Positions 1-9,249 of a stretch of DNA of 64,000 nt are shown piece after piece. The stretch comes from an uncultured Chitinophagaceae bacterium. Lineage in GTDB: Bacteria > Bacteroidota > Bacteroidia > Chitinophagales > Chitinophagaceae. A program made the position numbers and the translations under genes. The stretch spans positions 2,370 to 66,369 of the forward strand of contig CALGAP010000019.1 of the NCBI GenBank assembly GCA_937958995.1. Reading direction: 5' to 3'. Under the pieces are notes generated by a model, which saw only the letters and a list, made by a program, of their open reading frames with translations, did not search any database and had not been told where the DNA came from. Numbering within the stretch: the stretch's first letter is position 1; every line of letters starts with the position of its first letter.

Positions 1-2
1 CA

Positions 3-1067
3 GAAGCATTGCCTTATCATCCCAATGCGCTCACTTTCCTGGGCATGTTTGCAAATGGCGATACGATTGCCGAAACCTACTATTCCGTAGGCGGTGGTTT
101 TGTAAAAAAAGAAGGTGAAGATGTGCTTGCCAGCAGCGATATACAATTGCCTTTCCCTATCGACAAAGCCGATGATCTGTTGCACTGGTGCCGCAAGACA
201 GGTCTCAGCATCAGCGAGGTGGTAATGGAAAATGAAAATGCCTGGCGCCCCGAAGAAGAAACGCGACAGGGACTGTTGAACACCTGGAAGGTGATGAAGG
301 AATGCGTGTATCGTGGTTGTCATACCGAAGGTATATTACCCGGCGGGCTGCAGGTGAAGCGCCGCGCCGCAGATCTTAATAAGCGGCTCCTCGCCGGACG
401 CACTTACGGCAATTATGATGAATGGGTGCAAGCCATCCGGCAGGGAGGTAGCGATTTCAAATACACGCTGGACTGGGTAAGCTGTTTTGCGCTGGCGGTA
501 AATGAAGAAAATGCATCTTTCGGGAGGGTGGTAACGGCGCCTACCAACGGTGCGGCTGGTGTGATTCCCGCAGTATTGCATTACCTCGTGATATTTTGTG
601 ACGCATATAACGATCAGAAAATTGTGCAGTTCTTACTGACCGCCGCGGAATTGGGAAGCATTTTCAAAAAACAAGCCACCATATCTGCCGCTATGGGAGG
701 ATGCCAGGCAGAAATTGGCGTTTCTTCTGCTATGGCCGCTGCAGGTTTGACGGAAGCTATGGGCGGCTCGCAGCGGCAAACGCTAATGGCTGCTGAAATT
801 GCAATGGAGCATCACCTGGGCCTCACCTGCGATCCTATTGGCGGGTTGGTGCAGATTCCTTGTATTGAAAGAAATACTATGGGCGCCATTAAAGCAATCA
901 CGGCATCGCAACTGGCACTGCAAAGTACACCTGATTTTGCGCGCGTTTCGTTGGATGATGTTATTAAAACGATGTGGGATACCGCGCGTGATATGGATAA
1001 TAAGTACAAGGAAACTGCAGAAGGTGGTTTGGCGGTGAATATACCTTTGAGTTTGCCTGAATGTTGA
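3..1067 (+). CDS. sdaA: L-serine ammonia-lyase (iron-sulfur L-serine dehydratase); the C-terminal ~355 aa are present and the 5' end lies outside the window
   Basis: The reading frame is open to the window edge. The translation carries [38 protein letters not shown] and [16 protein letters not shown], which are typical of single-chain Fe-S serine dehydratases. Confidence 0.85.
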   Translation, partial: EALPYHPNALTFLGMFANGDTIAETYYSVGGGFVKKEGEDVLASSDIQLPFPIDKADDLLHWCRKTGLSISEVVMENENAWRPEEETRQGLLNTWKVMKECVYRGCHTEGILPGGLQVKRRAADLNKRLLAGRTYGNYDEWVQAIRQGGSDFKYTLDWVSCFALAVNEENASFGRVVTAPTNGAAGVIPAVLHYLVIFCDAYNDQKIVQFLLTAAELGSIFKKQATISAAMGGCQAEIGVSSAMAAAGLTEAMGGSQRQTLMAAEIAMEHHLGLTCDPIGGLVQIPCIERNTMGAIKAITASQLALQSTPDFARVSLDDVIKTMWDTARDMDNKYKETAEGGLAVNIPLSLPEC

Positions 1068-1070
1068 TAC

Positions 1071-1091
1071 CGTTTTCGAAAACGTTTTATT
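1071..1091 (+). terminator. Weak intrinsic terminator candidate between convergent sdaA and the radical SAM gene
   Basis: A perfect 14-nt palindrome, CGTTTTCGAAAACG (1071-1084), is followed by TTTTATT. The stem is AT-rich and short. Confidence 0.3.
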
Positions 1092-1092
1092 A

Positions 1093-2256
1093 CTAGTTCA
1101 GTGAGCTGGTAATAGACGGTTCTTCCACGTCTTCTCCATCATACACTTTCAACTCATTATACAGCGTATCTCTCTCCACCGCCACACGTCCTGCCTGGCG
1201 AATAAGATTAACCAGCTGCGAAGTACTCATCGCAGGATTTTGTTCTTCGGCGCCAGCCATGGAGTAGATTTTGGTAGAATCATCAATAGTGCCGTCTATA
1301 TCATTTACTCCAAACGAAAGTGCGAGCTGCGCATTTTGTCGGCCCAACATCGGCCAGTATGCTTTCAGGTGCGGGAAATTATCCATGTACAATCTTGCCA
1401 CGGCATACATGCGCATGTCTTCGATAATGTTCGACTCGGGCACATGACTCATGGCATTGTCTTTATTGCGGAATTTGAGTGGGATGAATGTGTTAAAGCC
1501 GCTAGTTTTATCCTGCAGTTGCCGCAGTTGTTCCATATGATCAATGCGGTGACTGAATTTTTCGATATGTCCGTACAGAATGGTTGCATTGCTATGCATA
1601 CCCAATTTATGCGCGGTTTCATGAATAGCGAGCCAGCCTTTTGCATCTACCTTATCAGCACAAATCTGTTCACGAATTTCCGGATCAAAAATTTCTGCGC
1701 CGCCGCCGGGCAGGGAATCGAGACCTGCTTCCTTCAAATATTTCAGTCCTTCTTCGATCGACTTTTTCGCCTTTCGAAACATATATTCGAGTTCCACAGG
1801 TGTGAAAGCTTTTATATGCAGGTCGGGGCGGTGTGCTTTTATTTTTCGTAAGAGGTCAGCGAAAAATTCGAGCGTTAATTTCGGATGCACGCCGCCAACT
1901 ATATGCACTTCAGTAACAGGTTTGCCATCATAGCTCTTCACAATATTCAGCATCTGGTCGGCGGTGAGTTCCCAACCTTCTTCGCGGTGAGCGTATAAGC
2001 GCGAGTAAGAACAGAAATTGCACGCGAACACGCAGATATTGGTAGGCTCGATATGGAAATTGCGGTTGAAATAAGTTTTGTGGCCATGCAATCTTTCCCG
2101 CACAAAATTGGCCAGCGCTCCCAAATAGGGAAGACTTGCTTTCTCAAATAAGATAACGCCTTCTTCGGGGGTAATTCTTTCTTTATCAACGATCTTTTTG
2201 CCAATTCTTTGTAGGTCACCATCCTTTTCTGCTGCTATCACTTGTTCAATATGCAT
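1093..2256 (-). CDS. Radical SAM enzyme of the MqnE/MqnC/CofH family (futalosine-pathway menaquinone biosynthesis type)
   Basis: 387-aa ORF with a CxxxCxxC cluster motif (NICVFACNFCSY). It has the N-terminal KERITPEEGVILFE...LANFVRERLHG...TYFNRN layout and a VHIVGGVHP block typical of this family. I cannot separate MqnE from MqnC by eye. Confidence 0.7.
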   Translation of the reverse strand: MHIEQVIAAEKDGDLQRIGKKIVDKERITPEEGVILFEKASLPYLGALANFVRERLHGHKTYFNRNFHIEPTNICVFACNFCSYSRLYAHREEGWELTADQMLNIVKSYDGKPVTEVHIVGGVHPKLTLEFFADLLRKIKAHRPDLHIKAFTPVELEYMFRKAKKSIEEGLKYLKEAGLDSLPGGGAEIFDPEIREQICADKVDAKGWLAIHETAHKLGMHSNATILYGHIEKFSHRIDHMEQLRQLQDKTSGFNTFIPLKFRNKDNAMSHVPESNIIEDMRMYAVARLYMDNFPHLKAYWPMLGRQNAQLALSFGVNDIDGTIDDSTKIYSMAGAEEQNPAMSTSQLVNLIRQAGRVAVERDTLYNELKVYDGEDVEEPSITSSLN

Positions 2257-2290
2257 GGTCTTGAGCTTTGTAGAGAGTACAAAGGTAAGA

Positions 2291-2369
2291 GGTTTCGGGT
2301 TTCGTGTTTCGGGTTGCTGCCGCGCTTAATAAGCGCTGCCCTGATTTAAGAACCCCCAACCCGAAACCC
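2291..2369. repeat. Intergenic palindromic repeat element, copy A
   Basis: GGTTTCGGGTTTCGTGTTTCGGGTTGCTGCCGCGCTTAATAAGCGCTGCCCTGATTTAAGAACCCCCAACCCGAAACCC. The termini TTTCGGGTT / AACCCGAAA are inverted repeats. The core GGGTTGCTGCCGCGCTT...AAGAACCC is shared with copies at 4077 and 18027. Confidence 0.8.
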
Positions 2370-2370
2370 T

Positions 2371-4017
2371 TCATCTCGCCAGCGCACCCGCAATGCAGCC
2401 GCACATCAGGCAGGCAATGGTGCCACCGATAAGCGCCTTTACGCCAAGTTCGGTGAGATTGCGGCGTTGGTTGGGAGCCAACTGACTGATACCACCGATT
2501 TGGATACCAATGGAAGCGAAGTTGGCAAACCCGCAAAGCGCATAGGTGGCAATCAGCAATGATTTGGGATCCTGGATAATGCCTTTTGATTTCATATCGC
2601 CCAGGGAGATGTAGGCGACAAATTCATTGAGAATCGTTTTTTCTCCCAATAGCTGTCCAATCGGCACCATATCGGCAGAATTCACCCCAATGAGCCAGGC
2701 AACGGGAGCGAATATATATCCCAATATGAACTGAAGACTGAGTTCGCTGTATTTTTCGCCGGTGCTGGCAGCAATGCTGGCATTGAGTTGCGTGATGTCG
2801 CCTATATAGCCCATCAGTGCGTTTACCACGTACATCACTGCGGTGAAAACAATCAACATGGCGCCGACATTCACGGCGAGCTTAAGACCATCGGTTGTTC
2901 CGAGTGATAAAGCATCGAGAAAATTATCGCCCAGTTTTTCTTTCGGAATGGCGAGGTCTTTAGAAATAAGATGATCGTCAGTTTGCGGAAAAAGTATTTT
3001 CGAACACACAATAGCTGCCGGCGCACTCATGATGCTCTGGCTCAGCATATGCAAAGCAAAATAACTCTGCTGATCGGGATCATTGCCACCCAGGAAACCG
3101 ACATAAGCTGCCAGCACGCTCCCAGCCGTATTAGCCATGCCGCCGACCATGATGAGCAAAATTTCAGAGCGCGTCATTTTATCCAGATAAGGACGAATCA
3201 TGAGCGGCGCTTCGGTTTGTCCGAGGAAGATATTGGCAGCGGTACTTAAACTTTCAGCACCGGAGATTTTCAACTTGTTCAGTAAATAAGCAAACACATA
3301 CACAATTACCTGCAGCACGCCGAGGTAGTAAAGAATGGACGAAAGGGCTGCGAAGAAAATAATGTTAGGCAATACCTGTATCGCGAATATATACGCCCAG
3401 CTCTTCGAATCGTCTGCCAATTCACCAAACAAGAACTCGGTGCCTTTATGGCTGATATTGATAAGATCGACAAAAACGCCTGATGCCGACTTTAGAATGA
3501 TCTTAAAAATTTCGGGACTGCAAACAGACGTGTACACCGAAATGGTAAGCAACGCACAGGAAAATAATATGGACCATTTCATCAGCTCGGGAAATTTCTT
3601 CCCGACCCTGAAGATTAGTGCCAGCACCAGTACTGAGCTGATGAAAATGGAAAGCCTCGACCAGTCACCGAATATTTGGGGAGCCAGTATTAAACCCACC
3701 ACAAAAATCAGCTGCCAAAGCAGCACCAGTCCCAGGTGAGTACCGTCATAACTAAGCGGAGTTTGATGGCTCTGAACGCGCCTGAATTTGTTTACGATGG
3801 TATAGAGAAGTATTATGCCAAAAAAGAGCCAGAACACGGGTTGTCCCATCACCGTGGTGTGCAGCACCCCCATCGCAAACATCACCTGGGCGAATACGCC
3901 CATACCCACCAACTTCCAGTTGATCGCCCGCCGGTTGTTACTCAACAAATAGCAAACGAAAATCAGAAAGAACATGCCGAGAATGCCTCGAAGAATGTTT
4001 TCAATGACCGGGGACAT
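2371..4017 (-). CDS. Concentrative nucleoside transporter (NupC/CNT family) with an extended N-terminal membrane region
   Basis: 548-aa polytopic membrane ORF with FLGQTEAPLMIRPYL and GFANFASIGIQIGG motifs characteristic of CNT/NupC transporters. Confidence 0.8.
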   Translation of the reverse strand: MSPVIENILRGILGMFFLIFVCYLLSNNRRAINWKLVGMGVFAQVMFAMGVLHTTVMGQPVFWLFFGIILLYTIVNKFRRVQSHQTPLSYDGTHLGLVLLWQLIFVVGLILAPQIFGDWSRLSIFISSVLVLALIFRVGKKFPELMKWSILFSCALLTISVYTSVCSPEIFKIILKSASGVFVDLINISHKGTEFLFGELADDSKSWAYIFAIQVLPNIIFFAALSSILYYLGVLQVIVYVFAYLLNKLKISGAESLSTAANIFLGQTEAPLMIRPYLDKMTRSEILLIMVGGMANTAGSVLAAYVGFLGGNDPDQQSYFALHMLSQSIMSAPAAIVCSKILFPQTDDHLISKDLAIPKEKLGDNFLDALSLGTTDGLKLAVNVGAMLIVFTAVMYVVNALMGYIGDITQLNASIAASTGEKYSELSLQFILGYIFAPVAWLIGVNSADMVPIGQLLGEKTILNEFVAYISLGDMKSKGIIQDPKSLLIATYALCGFANFASIGIQIGGISQLAPNQRRNLTELGVKALIGGTIACLMCGCIAGALAR

Positions 4018-4076
4018 AGCGTTAGTTTGGTGACGGCATAAATATAGAAGATAATAGTGAAAATTGAGGATACCCA

Positions 4077-4148
4077 GTTTCGGGTTGGGGCTTGGGGCTA
4101 CTGCCGCGCTTTGGGGCGACTGCCCGAACTTAAGAACCCGAAACCCGG
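4077..4148. repeat. Intergenic palindromic repeat element, copy B
   Basis: GTTTCGGGTTGGGGCTTGGGGCTACTGCCGCGCTTTGGGGCGACTGCCCGAACTTAAGAACCCGAAACCCGG. Same orientation and same core as copy A. Confidence 0.8.
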
Positions 4149-4149
4149 A

Positions 4150-4183
4150 AAAGCAAAAAGCCCCCTCCGAAAGAGGGGGCTTT
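4150..4183 (-). terminator. Rho-independent terminator of trxA
   Basis: On the minus strand, GCCCCCTC-TTTCG-GAGGGGGC is followed by TTTTTGCTTTT. It lies 25 nt downstream of the trxA stop codon. Confidence 0.8.
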
Positions 4184-4208
4184 CAAATGCAATGGGAGAA
4201 ATCTCCGA

Positions 4209-4526
4209 TTATAAATGCTGTTCGATCTTTTTTACAAAGTTCGCCTTGGGTTGGGCACCTACGAGCTTGTCAACCACCTTGCCGCCCTTGATGAAAAGGA
4301 TAGCGGGGATGGAGGTAATGCCGTAGTTGAACGACACCTGCGGGTTATGGTCCACGTTTACCTTGCCAATGTTTACGCGGCCATCATATTCTTTCGACAG
4401 TTCCTCAATTACGGGACCAATCGCACGGCAGGGACCACACCACTCTGCCCAGAAATCGACTACTGTAAGTTTATCGGAGGAAATTACTTTTTCCTGAAAA
4501 TTTGCATCCGTTAATTCTAAAGCCAT
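4209..4526 (-). CDS. trxA: Thioredoxin
   Basis: 105-aa ORF with the WCGPC active site and a typical thioredoxin fold sequence (DFWAEWCGPCR...GITSIPAILFIKGG). Confidence 0.95.
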   Translation of the reverse strand: MALELTDANFQEKVISSDKLTVVDFWAEWCGPCRAIGPVIEELSKEYDGRVNIGKVNVDHNPQVSFNYGITSIPAILFIKGGKVVDKLVGAQPKANFVKKIEQHL

Positions 4527-4646
4527 ATAAGATTTATTTAAAGATTTGAATGTTTATATTGATAAATCCGTGATCGCATCATACGCTAAACAATGATCCA
4601 AATTTACAGCCAAATATATTTAACTGCAAACCTGTCAAAATACTCG

Positions 4647-7600
4647 TCAGGCGGTCACCACTTGTACCTCCAGCTCAGGTGTGGACTGTAAATAGGCCGT
4701 CATTTCGTCATTCATCTCAAAACCGTTTTCCAGGGTGTAGAGGCTGACACGGTATTTGGACTTTGGCTCAACTATATTGAACTTCAGCCCCGATTTGCCA
4801 GGGTACTTTTTAACATTACTTTCAAAAAAGCGTACCATGTCTTCGCTCAGGTGACGCGCCTCGATGTCAACTATAACCTGTTTCGTGAGACTTTGTTTAA
4901 TGCTCTCTAACAAAATGACTTTCTCCACCTTAAACTCATACTCCTGCTTGTTGTAGCGCTGTTTGAAGTAGCCGGTAACGAACAGGTTTTTTCCCTTTTC
5001 GAGATAGTTGTTAAATTTTATATAGTCGTCGCTCCAAAGCGTAAACTCGCTTTTGCCGCTGTAATCTTCCATGATAAATGAGCCAAACTGGCGGCCCGTG
5101 CGCGTTACGCGGTGCTGGGCATCAGTCACCAGGCCCGCCAGCCTGAAAGTGCGCGCCGGGGCATTGCCTGCTGTTAAAGAATCCTTAATCTCGTTGTACT
5201 CGGCCAGCGAAGTGATACCATAGTGCTTTATCTCAAAACGGAAATGATCGAGCGGATGGCCACTGATAAACATTCCCGTCACCTCCTTTTCGTGCTCCAG
5301 CAATTCAGTGAGCGTCCAGGGTTCGCAGTTCGGAATCTTGGGCGGCTGTATATCCATCACCGCCGGCAGATCGCCAAACAAAGTGTTGGAAGCAGTCGTG
5401 TTCTGTGCCTGGTAAATATTGCCATACCGAATGATTTTTTCCAAACCATTGGCCGTTTCACCGGGCGGTGTAAAGAAGTATTGTGCGCGGTGCATTTCCC
5501 TGAAACAATCAAACGCACCTGCATACACCAGGCTTTCCAGTGTTTTCTTATTCACTGTGCGCTGGTTGATGCGTTTGATCATATCAAACACCGATTGATA
5601 AGGACCATTTTTCTCACGCTCTGCAATAATGCTTTCCACCGCCGCTTCGCCCACGCCCTTTAGCCCGCCTAAGCCGAAACGAATATCACCGGCTTTGTTT
5701 ACCGCAAAACCTTTTTTCGATTCGTTGATATCGGGACCCAGCACTTTCAACCCCATGCGCTTACATTCTTCCATGAAGAAAGTGATCTTATCGATGCTGC
5801 CGGCGTTGTTCAAAACGGCCGCCATGTATTCACTGGGATAATGTGCTTTAAGGTAGGCTGTCTGGTACGCCACATAGGCATAACAGGTAGAGTGCGATTT
5901 GTTGAACGCATACTGCGCAAACGCTTCCCAGTCGGTCCAGATCTTTTCAAGTTTATCTGGAGGCAGTCCTTTCCTGGTAGCGCCTTCGATAAACTGCGAT
6001 TTCATTTTGTCCAGCACCGACTTTTGCTTTTTACCCATGGCCTTGCGCAACACGTCGGCATCGCCTTTACTGAAACCGGCGAGTTTTTGCGCCAGCAACA
6101 TCACCTGTTCCTGGTATACGGTGATGCCATAGGTTTCGGCCAGGTACTCTTCCATTTCAGGAAGGTCGTAGGTGATGGCCTCGCGGCCATGTTTACGATC
6201 GATAAAGTTGGGGATATAGGCCAGTGGACCAGGACGGTACAACGCGTTCATGGCAATGAGGTCCGCAAACTGGTCGGGCTTGAGGTCGCGCAGGTATTTC
6301 TGCATACCGGGACTTTCAAACTGGAACGTACCGATGGTATCGCCGCGCTGGTATAATTCAAATGTTTTTTTATCGTCGAGCGGAATGGAATCGATGTCGA
6401 TATCCAAACCATGATTTTCCCTGATCAGCCGCAATGCATTCTTGATAATAGTGAGCGTCTTCAATCCCAGGAAGTCCATCTTGATTACGCCCGCGTCTTC
6501 AATAATGCTTCCTTCAATCTGCGTCACCCAGAGATTGGAGTCTTTGGCGGTGCAAACGGGAATCAGTTCGGTAAGATCTTTCGGCGCAATGATGATGCCC
6601 GCGGCATGTATGCCCGTGTTGCGCACCGAACCTTCGAGACGTTCGGCCTCGCGCAGCACTTGTCCTTCCAATCCCTCGCTCTTGTATAGCTCACGCAGTT
6701 TTTTGACGGTCTCCAGTTCATCGGCGCCCAGGTTTTCCTTTTCTTCCAAAGATTTTTCACCCGGCTTCGCATCTTTTGCATAAATAGGTGCCTGCAGTAA
6801 GCGACGGAGTTCAATACCCGGACGCTCAGGCACCAGCTTGGCCAGCGCATTACTTTCCGATAGCGGCAGGTCCAACACACGCGCCACGTCTTTAATACTC
6901 ATCTTGGCAGCCATGGTGCCATAAGTGATGATCTGTGCCACCTGCGCCTTGCCGTATTTGTCCACTACATAGTCAATCACCTTCTGGCGGCCTTCATCGT
7001 CAAAGTCGGTATCGATATCTGGCATCGACTTACGGTCGGGGTTGAGAAACCTCTCAAACAGCAGCTTGTACTTGATGGGATCTATATTGGTGATGCCGAT
7101 ACAGTAGGCCACCACGCTGCCCGCCGCCGATCCACGGCCCGGGCCCACAAACACGCCCAGGTCGCGGCCCGCCTTGATAAAATCACTCACGATCAGGAAG
7201 TAACCTGCAAAACCCATCGTCTTGATGGTATGCAGTTCGAAATTGAGCCGCTCTTCAATTTCGGGAGTGATATCAACATAGCGTCTTTTCGCACCTTCCC
7301 AGGTAAGATGCTTCAGGTATTCCCATTGATTGAGGTTGCTGTCTTCATGCACCTGGAACTCTTTAGGAATAGGAAAGGCAGGGAGTAAAATATCCTTCTT
7401 CAGGTTCAGCAATTCTACTTTGTCCACCACCATCTGCGTATTGTCGATAGCTTGTGGAATATCGCTGAACAATGTTTTCATTTCTTCCGCCGTCTTGAAA
7501 TAAAACTGGTCGTTGGGGAATTTGAAGCGGCGGTCTTTTACATGTACATCGTCGTTCACGAAATCATCATACCCCGGCGTGGCTTTCTTTTCGCCGGTAT

Positions 7601-8294
7601 TGATGCAAAGCAGAATGTCGTGCGCGTTGTAATCTTCGCGATCGGTATAGTGGCTATCGTTGGTAGCGATTACCGGCACATTATACTTCTTCGCAAACTT
7701 CAGCAGTATCTGATTGATCTTCTCCTGTTCTTTAATATTATGGCGCTGCAATTCTATGAAATAATCTTCGCCAAACAAATCGAGCCACCATTTGAACTCT
7801 TTTTCCGCTGTCTCTTCATCTTCGTGCAAAATAGTCTGCGGCACATAAGCGCCGATACAGCAGGTGGTAGCGATCAGTCCTTCGTGATATTTTACGATCA
7901 GTTCCTTATCTATGCGCGGGTATTTACTGTACATACCCTCGATATAACCCAGCGAAGTAAGTTTAATGAGGTTCTGGTAGCCCGTCTTATTTTTCGCCAG
8001 CAGCACCTGGTGATAGCGTTCGTCTTTTTGTTCTTTGGAAAAAATCTTGCGATGCCGGTCTTCCACCACATAAAACTCGCAGCCCACAATGGGTTTCACT
8101 TTCAGGGAACCATCATCATTCTTATGCTTATACGCTTCCGATACAAATTCAAAAGCTCCAAACATGTTCCCGTGGTCGGTGATGGCAATCGCCGGCATAT
8201 TTTCCCTGATTGCCTTCTTATACAACGACTGAATAGACGCGGCCCCGTCGAGCAGCGAAAACTGGGTATGAACGTGGAGGTGTGAGAATTGCAT
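4647..8294 (-). CDS. dnaE: DNA polymerase III alpha subunit
   Basis: 1215-aa ORF with an N-terminal PHP domain (HLHVHTQFSLLDGA) and polymerase core motifs (GPGRGSAAGS, DIDTDF). The length and the dnaE-trxA adjacency are typical of Bacteroidota. Confidence 0.97.
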   Translation of the reverse strand: MQFSHLHVHTQFSLLDGAASIQSLYKKAIRENMPAIAITDHGNMFGAFEFVSEAYKHKNDDGSLKVKPIVGCEFYVVEDRHRKIFSKEQKDERYHQVLLAKNKTGYQNLIKLTSLGYIEGMYSKYPRIDKELIVKYHEGLIATTCCIGAYVPQTILHEDEETAEKEFKWWLDLFGEDYFIELQRHNIKEQEKINQILLKFAKKYNVPVIATNDSHYTDREDYNAHDILLCINTGEKKATPGYDDFVNDDVHVKDRRFKFPNDQFYFKTAEEMKTLFSDIPQAIDNTQMVVDKVELLNLKKDILLPAFPIPKEFQVHEDSNLNQWEYLKHLTWEGAKRRYVDITPEIEERLNFELHTIKTMGFAGYFLIVSDFIKAGRDLGVFVGPGRGSAAGSVVAYCIGITNIDPIKYKLLFERFLNPDRKSMPDIDTDFDDEGRQKVIDYVVDKYGKAQVAQIITYGTMAAKMSIKDVARVLDLPLSESNALAKLVPERPGIELRRLLQAPIYAKDAKPGEKSLEEKENLGADELETVKKLRELYKSEGLEGQVLREAERLEGSVRNTGIHAAGIIIAPKDLTELIPVCTAKDSNLWVTQIEGSIIEDAGVIKMDFLGLKTLTIIKNALRLIRENHGLDIDIDSIPLDDKKTFELYQRGDTIGTFQFESPGMQKYLRDLKPDQFADLIAMNALYRPGPLAYIPNFIDRKHGREAITYDLPEMEEYLAETYGITVYQEQVMLLAQKLAGFSKGDADVLRKAMGKKQKSVLDKMKSQFIEGATRKGLPPDKLEKIWTDWEAFAQYAFNKSHSTCYAYVAYQTAYLKAHYPSEYMAAVLNNAGSIDKITFFMEECKRMGLKVLGPDINESKKGFAVNKAGDIRFGLGGLKGVGEAAVESIIAEREKNGPYQSVFDMIKRINQRTVNKKTLESLVYAGAFDCFREMHRAQYFFTPPGETANGLEKIIRYGNIYQAQNTTASNTLFGDLPAVMDIQPPKIPNCEPWTLTELLEHEKEVTGMFISGHPLDHFRFEIKHYGITSLAEYNEIKDSLTAGNAPARTFRLAGLVTDAQHRVTRTGRQFGSFIMEDYSGKSEFTLWSDDYIKFNNYLEKGKNLFVTGYFKQRYNKQEYEFKVEKVILLESIKQSLTKQVIVDIEARHLSEDMVRFFESNVKKYPGKSGLKFNIVEPKSKYRVSLYTLENGFEMNDEMTAYLQSTPELEVQVVTA

Positions 8295-8492
8295 GGCAGT
8301 TACTTGTTACGGATATTTCGGTGCCCGGTGCAGAGGGTTCTACACGCTGCACACGTTAACCGGAATGGCAAACTTCGAACATCTACAGCTTTGTCAAAAG
8401 CCAAACTGATCACAATATTTCCACAGCTGTTAAGTTGTCGATTTGTTCATGTTAACGAGCGCAAGGGTTGACCGTACTTAAGAATCTTTGCC

Positions 8493-8500
8493 TATCTTTG
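8493..8500 (+). promoter_or_regulatory. Candidate Bacteroidota -7 promoter box for the NlpC/P60 gene
   Basis: TATCTTTG matches TAnnTTTG. A TTG lies about 23 nt upstream (8467-8469). The box ends 25 nt before the GTG start at 8526. Confidence 0.35.
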
Positions 8501-8525
8501 CCGATTGTGAATTAAAAGCAGTTCC

Positions 8526-9230
8526 GTGAAATACCAGTTTTTGTTGCTTACCATATTGATCGGTGCAGTCAGCTGTACCAATAGCCGCCGCGGCCAGTCG
8601 AATGCCGCTACCGAACCCGCGCGTAAGCAACCCGCTGCTACTCAATCATCTCCAACCTTTATTGAAAATTTTTCTGTCAAGCCTGCCACGGGACAAAGTT
8701 CAGTTAAAACCACCAAATCATCAGCCAAATCTACTACCTCCGCTTATCCTGCGCTGGCCGACGAGAGCGTTTTGGAAAGCACTGTGAGTACAGCCGCCGT
8801 TAATGCCGCGCTGTTATTTAAATATTCCATTTTGCTTGACGTGCCGGTTGAAGATTTAACAGATTTCAGGCTGCTTGAGTTCGTAGAAAGCTGGTACGGT
8901 ACGAAGTATAAATATGGAGGTAATGACCGCAATGGGGTGGATTGTTCGGCCTTTTCGAAAGATTTTATCAGCGCTCTCTATAATGTTAATATCCCTCGCA
9001 CATCATCGGAACAATACAAGACTACCGAGCGCATCAACAAAAAAGACCTGCGCGAAGGCGACCTGGTTTTTTTCTACACGCGCGGCCGCCGAAATGGTGT
9101 TTCACACGTAGGCGTTTACCTGCGCAATGGTAAGTTTGTACACGCCTCTACTTCAAGCGGGGTGGTAATCAGCGATCTCGAAGAAGAATATTACAGGAAG
9201 AACTACGCTGGAGCGGGAAGGGTGAGATAG
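8526..9230 (+). CDS. NlpC/P60 (C40) family peptidoglycan hydrolase lipoprotein
   Basis: GTG start. Lipoprotein signal (LTILIGAVSC), a low-complexity S/T/A linker, and a C40 catalytic core GVDCSAF...SHVGVYL...FVHAS. Confidence 0.85.
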   Translation: MKYQFLLLTILIGAVSCTNSRRGQSNAATEPARKQPAATQSSPTFIENFSVKPATGQSSVKTTKSSAKSTTSAYPALADESVLESTVSTAAVNAALLFKYSILLDVPVEDLTDFRLLEFVESWYGTKYKYGGNDRNGVDCSAFSKDFISALYNVNIPRTSSEQYKTTERINKKDLREGDLVFFYTRGRRNGVSHVGVYLRNGKFVHASTSSGVVISDLEEEYYRKNYAGAGRVR

Positions 9231-9249
9231 TGATGAGTGCACGATCCTG

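Noticed and set aside
2246-2536. A 96-aa minus-strand ORF. ORFs at 4057-4326 and 4064-4291, and the 18075-18149 extension of mutS2, also overlap the palindromic repeat copies.
   Set aside because: These reading frames are generated by the repeat elements themselves and overlap real genes or terminators. The same repeat gives different frames at each copy, which argues against coding.
8289-8471. A 60-aa plus-strand ORF in the dnaE / NlpC-P60 divergent intergenic region.
   Set aside because: It starts inside the dnaE start region, has no signal or motif, and covers the likely promoter region of the NlpC/P60 gene. It is probably spurious.
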